A DNA stretch of 64,000 nucleotides from Dicyema japonicum (GCA_011109175.1 RDEW01000096.1:1-64000); one strand, 5' to 3'; shown: positions 1 to 12,759, counted from the first letter of the stretch. Program-made: numbers and translations. Notes: a model not told the origin generated them from the letters alone.

Positions 1-119
1 GAGGTACTCAATCGTTGTTAGCCCCTGGCACTGTTAATAAGGGAGTTAGTAATGTAAGTGATAATCCATATAAGGTAGTTGTATGTAATGTTGTAGATTA
101 TATCTTTTGTCATGCTTAT

Positions 120-373
120 ATTAATATTATTGTTGATGTACATTTCTTTTTATTAATTATTCACTGTTTTGTTGTTCCCTTTCTTAGGGAGTCCACCATT
201 TCAGATACTCTTATGAGGGTGTTTATCTCTAAATGAGTTATTATCTTATTAATATTATTGTTGATGTACATTTCTTTTTATTAATTATTCACTGTTTTGT
301 TGTTCCCTTTCTTAGGGAGTCCACCATTTCAGATACTCTTATGGGGGTGTTTATCTCTAAATAAGTTATTATC
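120..373. repeat. Tandem duplication, two copies of a ~128-bp unit
   Basis: attaatattattgttgatgtacatttc... starts at 120 and again at 248; the copies are nearly identical through ...gttattatc. Confidence 0.85.
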
Positions 374-799
374 TCTCTAGTTGAGGGTTGATCAGGTTAA
401 TTTTGTTAGATTATTACATCAACAGGTTTATAAGTTGCGATGGTTACTATCTTTTATCTCATGTTAATAAGGATTATTCTGTTAAGTGGTAGATCCCTTA
501 ATTTGTGGGGGTTATTGTAGTTCCGATAGGTTGTGTCACAACTGGTTTGGTCCAATAATTTAGTTGGCTTGTTAGGTTGGTCAATAGTTTAACTTGTTAT
601 GTGGTTGTGTTTATCGATTTATTATAATTGTCTCATCTAGTCTTCTAATGTATGTGGAGTAACAAAGGGCTAATTTCACACGCTTAGAATAGCCACTGGC
701 TAATAACACAGACCATACATGCTGAGAAAACATGATAGAACTATTTAATTGGGTTTTTAATAATATTTTTAGTTCTTAAATTTCCCATGTTTTATAGAT

Positions 800-1000
800 C
801 AATCGACCTTCTTGGCAGCGTAAGCAACGTCTTGTGGCATCGGATCTGACAGTCGTGGGTTCGAATCCGAAAGATGGACTTTCAGCAAAGGCCAAACAGA
901 TCCCATCCGTGAGGCGACGAGTTAGTCTGGCGCGACACAGTTGTTGGATGTGATATCCTCACCTTCTCTTTGCCAAATCCACTGTTAAAGATTACCATTA
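800..1000 (+). mobile_element. Possible tRNA-derived SINE head
   Basis: Pol III B-box-like gggttcgaatcc at 857-868 with a weak A-box-like tggcagcgtaagc upstream; no complete cloverleaf. Confidence 0.35.
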
Positions 1001-1020
1001 TAAAAAATGAAATTGTGTCC

Positions 1021-1280
1021 GGGACGGTAGGACGTGTGACGAAAATTGAAGAGGGTAAACCTAATTCTCCACCTCTCTCTGAAGCGGAAGCCTATAAGCT
1101 ATTATTGGAAGATGGATTTGGTCAGCACAAGGAGATGTTCTCCTTGGGTTCCTTCCTCGGATTAATTAGTTGGGACTGTTTGTGCTGACTCGAATAAACA
1201 TGGCTCAATTGTAAACATGTCATTGATTTTTTACTTTGATAAAATTAGACAAGTAATTATTATACCAGGATCACTGGGTC
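1021..1280 (+). repeat. Dispersed repeat family, copy 1 (also 24690-24920 minus and 33421-33640 plus)
   Basis: Shared collinear blocks gacggtaggac / cacctctct / tattattgg / gttctc / ggattaatta, aligned by eye. Confidence 0.7.
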
Positions 1281-1580
1281 AGAGAGAAAGAAATAAAAGT
1301 TACCGATAACTAAGTGATCCCAGACCGTCCGGTGGAATATAGATTCCTGTACTGTTCTTCACATTTGACATGGCATCGGCCCAACTTTTTATGTGATTGC
1401 AGATATTTTGTTAGTGTATGGATCAGGGAACACCTCAGTAGACTAGGGGCCTCTAAGAGTTTCCGCTGTAATTTTATTAAAAGATTTTCACTAGGTTAGA
1501 TCTTTCGTTATAATTATCTTAATTACAACCTCCTGTACTGCGGATAGTTTCCTAGATAAGGAGCGGGAAATGAACATTGC

Positions 1581-1710
1581 NNNNNNNNNNNNNNNNNNNN
1601 NNNNNNNNNNNNNNNNNNNNNNNNNNNNNNNNNNNNNNNNNNNNNNNNNNNNNNNNNNNNNNNNNNNNNNNNNNNNNNNNNNNNNNNNNNNNNNNNNNNN
1701 NNNNNNNNNN
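1581..1710. other. Assembly gap
   Basis: Run of N. Confidence 1.
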
Positions 1711-2126
1711 GACACCACGCTAACAACATTTTAACTCTCCTCAACTCGATATGAGAAAATTTATTTATTTTATTTAAACTTTGGAATTTGATTTTAAAAT
1801 TAAATATAAATAAATTTAATTCCAACATTTCGTTAGGTTAAGAAATGTCAAACAAAAGTAGTTATCATTATTTCGATGGTTGGTTATTCTCAACAATTAA
1901 AGTACAATCCACGTGTTTGTTCGAGAAACTGAATATTGTATCCTCAAGATGCGACCAAACAACTCAAAAGAGATTCTTAGCATGATTTCCAGTACTTAAG
2001 CATTTGGAGATATCATAAAACTCAAAAAATACTGAAGCTACATCAATAGTTGAAGCTACATCCTCCAATTTTGCACCAGAAGTTACAATCGGGACCATAA
2101 TGTATTCGACGCTCCTTCGTTAAGAG

Positions 2127-2200
2127 CAGTGTTTCTCAGATTTTTTTCAAGGGACACACTTGGCGTAAAAAATAAAAAAAAGTACTTACAATCAATTTGC
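2127..2200 (+). mobile_element. hAT (Buster/Charlie-like) terminal sequence, orphan end
   Basis: cagtgtttctca is a typical hAT-Buster TIR start; no partner end found. Confidence 0.4.
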
Positions 2201-2699
2201 AAGCAGGAATGATCATTTTTCGCCAGTAGTATGTGCAAAAATTGCAATTTTTGGTTCCATAATTTTTTTCGTAAAATTGAAAAATGGCAAATTTCAGAAT
2301 TTAATCAATAATTTTAAAATAGTTATTGGGAAACTTCTCGTAGATGAAAATAACTAAATTTGAATTTATTTCGAAAACAAAATTTATTTAAACAATGAAC
2401 TATTAAATTGCATCGAAATTAAATTAATTTGTCAGTAAGATACCTGAATTTTTGTCTATTTAAGTGGACATTGAATGCTTTAATAATTTCCAAATCCATT
2501 GGCTGATTTATTCCTGTAGAATTTTTAGGAAAGAACATTATATTTTCCAAATTTGGTTGCAACCAATGAGAGGGAATTTATCTATATGGAGAAAAATAGA
2601 CTTTTCTGACCTCGTAAAACCAGACAAAGTCGAAGTCTACATAAAACCAGACACTCGGATAAAATATTATACGTTTCTCTCCTACAAGAACTTTTCAAA

Positions 2700-5450
2700 C
2701 GACTTGACAAAGGCTTCATACAATCTCAAGCGAAGTGATGTGCAGGATCGTCGTTTGCCAATCCACTCTTTATTCAACTTGTTCATCGTTACCCAAGCGA
2801 GGGCTTTCTTCTGGCAATATCTTGACTGTCTTCAAGTAAAGAGCCAAGTTTGTTTTTCACCATGTTTTACTTGATCTGCTTTCCATTCTNAAACGAAGTG
2901 ATGTGCAGGATCGTCGTTTGCCAATCCACTCTTTCTTCAACTTGTTCATCGTTACCCAAGCGAGGGCCTTTCTTCTGGCAATATCTTGACTGTCTTCAAT
3001 TAAAGAGCCAAGTTTGTTTTTCACCATGTTTTACTTGATCTGCTTTCCATTCTCCTGATTTTCACAATGTCAGTTTTTGCGGTGTTCACTCCAAGGAACC
3101 ATCAGTTCAGCTCAGCAGATGGCACCTCAAGGGGCCGAAGTAGGGCCGATTTGTCTTCTGACACATAGTTGACGTCGTCCGCATAGGCAACTTCGACGAT
3201 GTTGCCATCATAGAACTTCCGAGATCTCGTAATGCCGCCTCCAGATATATGACAAATAGCAAAAGCGAGAGGGAATCTTTCTGAGGAGTACTAACATTGC
3301 ACGTATATTCACGGGATAACGTCTTACTGATCCGCACTCTGAGGTTCGTGTCAGATAGCAACACTCTGATCATACAGACAGAATCAGGGTCCAAGAATTG
3401 TTCCAGTATCCTGAGAAGTAGACCACAACGAACCGTGTCAAAAATCCTAGAGAGGTCTTTTCCCAGGACTGTTGTTGCACTTTCAAATCTCTGGTTGATA
3501 GTGAAGCGCCACTTGTGGCTCGATACTACATCTGCAGTGCATCTTCCCGTTCTGAATCCACTGATACTAGAAGATAAATAGTTGTCCACTTGTTCTTTGA
3601 TTTGGTTCAGCGTAACTAATGACAGAAGGTTCCGTAAGGTGTTTATCAGGATTGTTGGACGTAAGCTTTCAACAGGCCCAGCATGCTTGTTAGGTTTTTA
3701 TATTGGTATTAATAGTCCGGATCTAAGAGCGGGGTATTCTTTTTTTATAAAAATAGAGTTGAGTAGTTCTGCCAGTTTGTCTGTTAGTGCAGGTGGCCCG
3801 TATTTGAGAAGTTCTGAATTGACTCATCCGGTCCAGGGGAGCGACCATTCTTAAGTTTGACCATTGCATTTGAGATTTCTCCAGTTGTGATAGCTTTATC
3901 GAGTTGGGTGGCGTATCCACAAGTATAATCAGATATTTCTCCGCGGACAGTTAATATATCCTCGAAGTACGACGCAATATATTCATCCTGTTCTTTTCGA
4001 TTTGTTAAGAATCTTCCATTCCCGTCATGAAATTTGAGTTTGTTCGATTGTTTTCTTCTGTTGAGGAGACGGATTGCAGTGAATATTTTTGATGAGTCTT
4101 TGAACTGTTCAACTTTTCTTGCTCTTAAATCAAGTAGGTTAGTGGCGTGCTTCTTATTCAAAATCTTTATGGTTTTCTGGATGGATCTTCTTCTAGACTG
4201 CAAGATTTGTTTCCTGTCCGGATCAGACGTATTTTCCAGTTGTAATCTTAGTTTTCTTTGTTTTTTAATGAGGGCGGGGACATCTGTATGTATACATTTT
4301 TAAACAGTGTTGTGGACCAGGTTCCGATACTCCCATTTGCTTCAGAATAAAATTCCTTATATTGTCTCCGCCCAGATGCCTCCTGGAGGAAGTCCGGGAT
4401 CCAGTTTTGGAGGAATTTCGTAATTGATATTTGGTAGTTGTCTCTGATCGATGTAGAGTAACACAGTTGTTCCATTTTATAGCTTTTTCTTACATCTACG
4501 TTTGGCTCTCTTCTTATTAGGTCAGTCAAGGTCATTGTTGTCTACTTGGAAAAGAATATCTTGTGATCACTGTCGATAGCTGCACCTCCGTAAGAGCTCG
4601 AGTAACGTACGAATAATTTTTCTTTGACTCGGCAGATGATGTAGTCAATTTGGTTGAAAATGTTAATAGAGCCTTCGGGAGGTAAGAATCGTAGACCAGT
4701 CCATGTCTTTTTGTGACGTGCGGGATGTTGGAAACCAGTATTACATAGAAACAGATCAAATGTCTGGCAAAATACTGCCAAGATGGTTCCGGGGGTGTTT
4801 CTGATTTTTTTTCTGTGCTGGTCAATGAAGCTTTCATTTCCTATACGGGTTCCCACTTTCGCATTCCAGTCCTTGACAATAAACAATAAGTATGATAAAC
4901 AAAGGTCTGTTAATATCCTTCCCAGTTCCTTGTAGAACAGCTCGAGTTCTTCCGGATTTTTAGGATACGTCCACTGTGTGGTGCGTAAACGTTGATAACT
5001 GAGATTAGTCTCCTCGAATTTCTGCTTGATCTTGTACGTAATTGTAAGACAGTGATTCTGTCATTGACTTTCCAGAACGATATACTCTAGGAATATAGTC
5101 CTTGTGTATAGCAAAGTCTTTTCCATAATGCCTCGATTCCAAAGGAAGTAATATTAACCTGAAATTTGCATTTGTTTCATCGAGTCCATTTTTTTATTTT
5201 AGTCTCTTGCAGGCAGCAGACAGAACCACGGTAATTCTCAACATCGAAACATAGAAGCTGCCTATTAACCACGTTATTCAGGCCTCTGACATTGAAGATT
5301 AGGATATTCAGGTCATTAATAGATCTTCTTCTAGACTTCAAAATTTGTTTCCTGTCCGGATCAGACGTATTTTCCAGTTGTAATCTTAGCTTTCTTTGTT
5401 TTTTAATGAGGGCGGGGACATCTGGATGTATACCAGTCCATGTCTTTTGC
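2700..5450 (-). mobile_element. Degenerate RTE-like LINE (APE + RT)
   Basis: Minus-strand fragments FNVRGL, CCLQETK, HPARHKKTW, NQIDYI, DSDHK, GRSPGPD, SGFRTGRCTAD, DLSRIFD, PQKDSLSLLLFVIYLEAALRD; many frameshifts. Confidence 0.9.
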
Positions 5451-5603
5451 AACCTCTACGTGTTGACAACAAATCACCTATTTGAATGTCATAAATTAGC
5501 ACAACGTTATCTATAATGTCGGGACTGACCGATCTATGTGAAGGATGATTTGGATGTTTCTCCTAGAGGTACACATCATGGCCTCCCCTTCAAATATAAT
5601 GTT

Positions 5604-6124
5604 NNNNNNNNNNNNNNNNNNNNNNNNNNNNNNNNNNNNNNNNNNNNNNNNNNNNNNNNNNNNNNNNNNNNNNNNNNNNNNNNNNNNNNNNNNNNNNNNN
5701 NNNNNNNNNNNNNNNNNNNNNNNNNNNNNNNNNNNNNNNNNNNNNNNNNNNNNNNNNNNNNNNNNNNNNNNNNNNNNNNNNNNNNNNNNNNNNNNNNNNN
5801 NNNNNNNNNNNNNNNNNNNNNNNNNNNNNNNNNNNNNNNNNNNNNNNNNNNNNNNNNNNNNNNNNNNNNNNNNNNNNNNNNNNNNNNNNNNNNNNNNNNN
5901 NNNNNNNNNNNNNNNNNNNNNNNNNNNNNNNNNNNNNNNNNNNNNNNNNNNNNNNNNNNNNNNNNNNNNNNNNNNNNNNNNNNNNNNNNNNNNNNNNNNN
6001 NNNNNNNNNNNNNNNNNNNNNNNNNNNNNNNNNNNNNNNNNNNNNNNNNNNNNNNNNNNNNNNNNNNNNNNNNNNNNNNNNNNNNNNNNNNNNNNNNNNN
6101 NNNNNNNNNNNNNNNNNNNNNNNN
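5604..6124. other. Assembly gap
   Basis: Run of N. Confidence 1.
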
Positions 6125-7042
6125 CGTATATAGTGAGCTTAACGTTGAGTAGAAACTGCCTTTTTAGTATCCAAGAAATGTTTTTACAAAGTTTATTTTT
6201 CGTTAGGAGGATAATATTCATTGAATGTCATGAGGTACTTGATACCGAGTAGATTGATTTGGTTTGTCGAGGAGATTATGTTTGTGTAACCGAATTGTGA
6301 ACATACATGGTGTAATTAGCAATTTTTTCCATATACTTGGGACGGTGTGCGTGTTCACAGAGTAATTGTATAAGCTTGTCAAAACCAATAACGTTTGGAG
6401 CCCCAAGTGTTTCGTTTTACATTGTGTGTTTTGATCCTTCTCAAAATCTTCCAAAAGGAGTTGCATGAACTCTTGTGGTAGAGGAATCTTATCATATTAG
6501 TCCATTCTGGTTTATATTGTAGTATTCGCCGTGAAATGAAGATGTTCCTTATACAGTCAATAGTTCCATCATCTGTTTGAACATATTCCTCCTAATGAGA
6601 GTAAGCGTATGTAAGCAAAGTTTGGGATTGAAATCTTTATATGATGAATTGGGATAATGCTTACGTCATTCTGCATAAATCTGAGGAAAACTGTCCGTTC
6701 TTTAACTCTATCATATTCGATTCCTTCCCTTATCGTTTTTGGAAATAAAATTCTGTCGAGACAAATAGCTGTGTGATTCAGTTGTCAACCAGTATATTTA
6801 AAATATAATAAATTCGAATTAATTAAAACCAATTTATATCCCTGAAAAAAAACCGATCAGGTTAGTTTAAATGTTAGTTTTAAACTCCGCAAAGACCAAG
6901 TACATTGTTACTGACCTTAATGACACTGCAGACTGAAATAAAATTATTCTAAAAGTCGGAATGCTGTTTTGTTTAAATATATTACTTTCGAACTTATAAA
7001 AGTTATTATTTTGAGAGATAAATAATTACCAACTTGTACTAA

Positions 7043-7250
7043 ATGTCTATACTAAGTACGCCTCTGCATTATCGAATGGATGCTTGCAGTAATAATACTA
7101 TATTGCTTGCAGCAAGAAACCTAAAAAACAAAAAGATGAGTGGACTGGATGTCAAATACAAACAGTTCATCGATTCTACAATAGGATACGCATGTAATGT
7201 CTGGGGATATAAACCTTGTTGCAACAAATTTGGACAAGATCTGAAACATT
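7043..7250 (+). mobile_element. 3' RT/thumb fragment of an APE-type LINE
   Basis: KYKQFIDSTIGYACNVWG resembles the PTVEYACASW region of the 26.4-29.2 kb LINE. Confidence 0.5.
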
Positions 7251-7619
7251 CATGTGAAGGCAGCAAACCTACTAAGGAAATTATCCCGTGTAGAAATCTT
7301 GGCCAGAAACCTTGATATTAAAGGCGACTGGAACAGTGCCCCTGCGAAGGACTCGAGTATGCGGACCCCGTCCATATCGGAAATGCGCAGGAATGCAGTC
7401 GGAACACCGAGAAAAAATGCGGAGACTGTTGAGGGGGCAGGGATGACATGAATTTTGTTTATTTTGGATATGACGGTGGTTTTCTGGTTCAATAATAATA
7501 ATAAAGTTTAATAAATTTGTCAAAATTTCTAATAACTTTGTCAAAATGTTTAACGATTGTGTCAAAGTTTAATAACTTTTGAATAATGCTTACAAAATGC
7601 CCAAAAATTAATTTTCAAG

Positions 7620-8330
7620 TAAATTCTGAAGAGGAACTAAAAACGTTGCTAGACACCGACAGTTTAAGGATGATACGAGTTCTACTTTCAAACATGGAAT
7701 TGGAAGTCTGGGTTGACTCAGAGCGCTCTCGAGAATTTTAAACGCAAATTGTCACTCCAGAGGGTCTCTCATTATAAACAATTCTCTTTGCTGTTTATCT
7801 GGAAGCTGGTCTTAGTGACCTGATAGCTAAAAATTGCCTTACTTCTATCTAGCAATTAATATATGCAGATGACCTGAATTTTGTTTTTGAGGAAATCAAT
7901 GATATCAGAATTGCTCTTATTTATGCTCCTGGAGTGTTTAGAGACTGGTTCCTGCAAATGAACGAACAAAAAACCGAGGATGTTGCAATGAATCAACCAA
8001 AGAAAATTTACTGATGAGATTTGGAGGAGAGCAAAAAAAGTTTGATTTTGCTTGGCGACCTAAGATATTCAACGAAGAAAGATATTGTCAAAAATAGCAC
8101 TGAATAGACTAACATCGACATTGATGAGACACGTGCATGTTTACAAGTAAAAGTAAGACTATTCAATGGTTTCTTCCTTCCCACACTCTCTACAACTCGA
8201 GAACGTTGGGACTAACTCGGACATAATGCTTTCCACAGAAAACGACTAAGGATCTACTAGGATCTCTACCTAATGGTGATAAAAATCAAAACTTATACGC
8301 AGCTTGGAATCGGAGTGTCTGAATACAATA
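7620..8330 (+). mobile_element. Degenerate RTE-like RT fragment
   Basis: LLDTDSLRMIRVLLSN, AVYLEAGLSDL, IYADDLNFV; disrupted by stops and indels. Confidence 0.8.
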
Positions 8331-8777
8331 ATTGCCAATCCTCGATAGGGATTATTTGGCCATATATTACGGATGAATCATGCGGTTCCTAATTGCGATA
8401 TTTTGGAATCATACTTCACCATCTCGTCTTTCACTTTTCGTTTTTGAAAATGAAATCATTCTTTCTCACACAAGAGTACAGGAGGGCGATTCATTTAGTC
8501 TCTTTTATATTCTGCAAGATATTTCTACTTTCCTCAATTTATGGTACCTGCATGATTGAATCCTTAGAAGAAGCCCTGAGACTGCCTGTTAAAAGTAATC
8601 ACGAATTTTTGAGAATTGGATTTGAGGTTACCTCAAAGAGGTATGAAGTAGTTGTAGAATGATTGGAGAATATTTTGCCTTCTGGAAAACAAACAGATGA
8701 TATTGTTTAAGTACACGAATTACCGAATCTACTCTCTTGATTTCATTTAATGCATAATATAGAAAAATCGAATAGGG

Positions 8778-8870
8778 CAGGGGTCAACACCGTGGCTCTT
8801 TGAGTTTTTTATGTGGCTCTTTCATTTATCGCAAATGATTACTTACATCTCCAATAGAAACCTTTTCAAA
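8778..8870 (+). mobile_element. hAT-Buster-like left end / MITE remnant
   Basis: caggggtcaacaccgtggctctttgag start, preceded by the 8-mer gaataggg with the central TA typical of Buster target sites. Confidence 0.55.
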
Positions 8871-8916
8871 ATAGTGTTATTTTTCCGAAATTTTTTGAGT
8901 ATATTTTAACTATATT

Positions 8917-11900
8917 TTTTTTATTTATTTTTTTTTTTAAAACTCAAGAAATTTATTTATAACAATAAAATCGTTCTAAACTAAACTAACTTTATAACAA
9001 TAAAATCGTGGTGTGTGGTGGTGTGGTGTAATTGAGAAAAGAAGAAGTAACCAGAAGCGATATGCACAAGATCGACAAAAGAGAAGAGCTTTGTGAATTT
9101 TGCAATAAAATTAACAAAAGAAAGCGGCTGATATGTTGTGTCGTTTGTTCGTCGTTTTTTCACATGTCATGTGTTGGAATGACCAAAAAAGCCCTTACCA
9201 CCATTACCAACTGGTGTTGCCAGGCATGCCTCCTTCCTGGGACGAAAGCACCATCGACTCCACCTAATTCACCTGAACGAATACCAATAGATTACCAGAA
9301 AACCCTTGAATCAATTGCAAACCTGGCATCTACACGAAGGATCATGATCAAAATTCCAAAAGCAGCCCGTGTTCCTGCCGCCGACTGTTTACACGATTGT
9401 ATTGAAAGGGCAATTTCTTCGACTGACCCAGTTGATTGGACACGATTATTCTACTTTGCACCATACACGCTATGTATGCCCTGTCAGAAGAGGAAAGATC
9501 AGGAATCGCTCACGTCTATTGTAAAGGAAAATATTTGCTTGTTTTCTTCTGGAAATTTGTTCAGTGACTCCCGAGAATATACCTTCAAGCCCTCAAACCA
9601 CGAGAACCATGCCTCAGAAACACAAAGATTGAGAAGAGCGATACATCGCAAACTATCTGAAGGTGGAGTCCGGGCCGCCGTGAGGACTCTAGAAGAGCAT
9701 AACCGTCTAATTGAGCCAACTGAACACTCCTACGATGCACTGGTTGAACGACATCCTGGTCCGCCAGTGGACGAGCAGATCCCTACTTGCTCTGGAGAAT
9801 TACCTAGTCTGATTATTTCTGAGGGGGACGTGAAAGATGCGATCCTCTCATTCGCCCCGAGCAGCAGTGGCGGACTCGACGGACTCCGTCCAGGACACCT
9901 AAAAGACTTAATTGATCAGAATACGGGGAACTCTGGTGTTCGGCTATTATCGGCTATAACGAGGTTAATCAACAGAATGCTTTCCGGAAGATTACCAGAA
10001 GCAATCCGTCATATTATGTTTTCCGCCAAGTTAATTGCCTTTGATAAATGTGGAGGAGGAATTCGTCCTATTGCTGTTGGGTTTGTTTTTCGTCGACTGG
10101 CTTCTAAACTTGCTAGCAGAGCAATCCTTCCGATGCTTGTCAAACAACTGCGACCAACCCAAGTAGGGGTCGGTACTCCTGGTGGATGTGAGGCGGCGGT
10201 TCATGCCGTTCGGATGTTTACTGGAAACAGAACGAACATGCCTTGTGTGGTCCTCAAGATTGACATAAAAAACGCCTTCAATACCATACGGCGCGATGTA
10301 ATTTTGGAAGATTGTCTTACCCATTACCCGTCTATATATAATTATGTTCATTGTTCGTATGGAAAACCGTCCAGTCTTGTACATGGGAAATACTTCATTC
10401 CCTCGTCGTGTGGGGTTCAACAAGGAGACCCACTAGGACCGGCATTGTTCTGCCTCGGTGTCGACCGTGTCATGAGATGCCTTACTACTCCGCTGAACGT
10501 GTGGTATTTGGATGATTGCACCCTGGGAGGTCATCCTAACAATGTATATGACTGTCTACAGAGATTACAAACACAATTGGATACGCTTGGTTTAAAGCTA
10601 AACGCAGCCAAATGCGAAATTGTTAATTATGGATTCTCCCGATATGAATGGAATCGGATCCTATTAATGTTTCGGGGGATTATTCCTAAAATATCGGAAA
10701 TCGAGCCGGATCATTTGGAAATACTTGGATGCCCTCTGGCTGAAACTGGAATTAACGACACTCTGTTGGCTAAAGAACAGCAACTAAGAAAAACTTTTTT
10801 ACGCCTTGGGATGCTGGATGCACATACCTCTCTTTTTCTCATGAAAAACGCTTTATCCACGCAGAAATTAAATTACGTCCTTCGAGGGGCTCCATGTTAC
10901 CTGAAAATGCAACAACTCGGGGCGATTGACTCCCTATTCCGGTCTACGACCGAACGTATTACTAATGTCGAATTCGACGAACAAGGATGGGAACAAGCAA
11001 CCTTGCCCGTTCGCTTTGGTGGACTCGGAATTCTCTCACCATCTGATTTGGCACACCCGGCATATCAATCCTCATTGGACTCCAATCAGAATTTGATCAT
11101 GATGATTCTCCAGCTCCCATCAGAGTCGTCAAAGATCGAAGATTTGGTACACCCTAAAGTCAAACAACTCGGGCAGAGAGACCTTTATGAGTCTGTTTGC
11201 GAGGATAAATACGAGAGGCTTTTGAAAATATCTAACCAACACCGACGAGCCTGTCTTTTAACTGCAAGATGCGAGTGGAGCGGGGCTTGGATCAATGCCC
11301 TACCATTGGAAACGTGGGAACTCACCTAGACGATGAAACGGTCCGCACCGGAGTCTCCATCAGACTTGGATTGAAAGTTTGTCAACCCCATGAGTGCCGA
11401 TGCGGCCGGAAGGTCGACTGCTATGGACATCATGCCCTTTCTTGTCGAAAAAGCGCAGGTCGATTCGCTAGACACAAGGCTATAAATGAAGTGGTGAAGC
11501 GCGCCCTCGAGTTGGCGGGATACCCATCCATTCTAGAGCCAACGGGCTTGAGTAGGGATGATGGGAAGCGACCCGATGGAATTACTGTCTTCCCCTTCTC
11601 TCGGGGCAAATGCTTAATTTGGGATGCTGCCTGTACTGACAGCTTTTCCCAGTCGAAACTTTTGAGGTCGGCAATGAAAGCGGGAGAGGCCGCCCGTTTA
11701 TATGAAAACTCAAAAATAAAGAAATACAGCAGCCTCCTAAACCGTTTCATATACAGCCAGTGGTCGTCGAGACGAGCGGAGTCTTTGGCCCCAAGACGGT
11801 CTCTTTCCTTAGAGCACTTGGGTGTCTATTGACCAAAGCCTCGAGGGAGCGTCGGGAAACCGAGTGGCTTTTCCAAAGGATATCCCTGGCAGTAGTCAGA

Positions 11901-11968
11901 GGTAACAGCCACTCGATCATATCCGCTGGACTTTAGAACGATTTTATTGTTATAAATAAATTTCTGAG
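8917..11968 (+). mobile_element. CRE-clade (RLE-type) non-LTR retrotransposon, near full length, with 12-bp TSD and an inverted 3'-UTR/poly(A) copy at the left end
   Basis: TSD tttaactatatt at 8905-8916 and 11969-11980; inverted repeat 8940-8980 vs 11932-11971; RT and RLE motifs present. Confidence 0.9.
9062..11936 (+). CDS. CRE polyprotein: PHD finger - RT - CCHC - restriction-like endonuclease; two single-base frameshifts (~11305, ~11755)
   Basis: C4HC3 PHD (CEFC..CVVC..HMSC..WCCQAC); GGIRPIAVG, KIDIKNAFN, QQGDPLGPALF, WYLDD; CRCG..GHHALSC, RHKAINEVV, KRPDG, WDAACTD; an alternative frame gives PVVVETSG...WLFQRISLAVVRGN..GL* ending at 11936. Confidence 0.9.
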
Positions 11969-12269
11969 TTTAACTATATTATTAACAAATTATTTTATAT
12001 TAAATTGTTATTTTTATTTAAATTATTGAATATTTTTGCATATTTTAATTTTAAAAAAAAATTACTCGCTTAACCATAAATTCTGTTTGTGGTTCTTCAA
12101 TTATGTTTGTAAATAAGAAAATAAATAGAAAACGGATAGAAAACGTCTCTTTCATCCTCAATGGACTGAGACTTTTGCCATCATATAACCTTTCCAAAAT
12201 GTCTCCATTTCCACGAAACATTTAATCAGAACAAAAATTCAAATCCGGAGAGACACTTTAATTCAAAGC

Positions 12270-12660
12270 ATGGTGATTTTTCAAGAAAATATCCAATTAT
12301 GGATTGGGACGCTACACGTGTTATATTACAAGTCTGCGACTAACATGCAAGACCGCAATATCTTTTGGGGTCTATCAACAAATACATGTCCCCATTGTAA
12401 GTCAAGGAGCATGTCAATTGATCCTTTAGCCACTCGATGCGGATTCATGCTCTGCCACGACTATGTTGGGGAATAACTAGGTAGTAAGGAGTCTTCATCT
12501 TCTATGAAATAAGTGGAGTATCCCCACGTTAGAAAGTTGCGGACTCATAATGTACAATCTGTAGTAGAGGACACCAGGGTCCAAATCAAGGTTGACAGTG
12601 TTATCCGAACCTCGGTATTCGCCAAACACAATAAACCTGACATTGTGGCAAACGATAGGA
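12270..12660 (+). mobile_element. R4/Dong-like LINE C-terminal zinc finger/RLE fragment
   Basis: CPHCKSRSMSIDPLATRC..HDY and KLRTHNVQ..IKVDSVI..HNKPDIV. Confidence 0.65.
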
Positions 12661-12759
12661 ATTAATTAATTTTAAATCAATTCCAATGACAAACTGTTAA
12701 ACCGAAAAAACTAAGTGATCCCGACAAGGCTCTCGTCTTTTCTCGGTGTTGATCCCTCG

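Noticed and set aside
2735-3050. ~157-bp tandem duplication
   Set aside because: The copies are separated by a single N at 2890 and differ at a few sites, typical of unmerged contig or haplotype overlap.
4183-5450. ~110-bp near-identical repeat (4183-4290 vs 5319-5430)
   Set aside because: It is a piece of a second, rearranged copy of the same RTE-like LINE, not a separate system.
1491-6252. ORFs containing X runs (1491-1828, 5511-6252)
   Set aside because: Artefacts of translating through N gaps.
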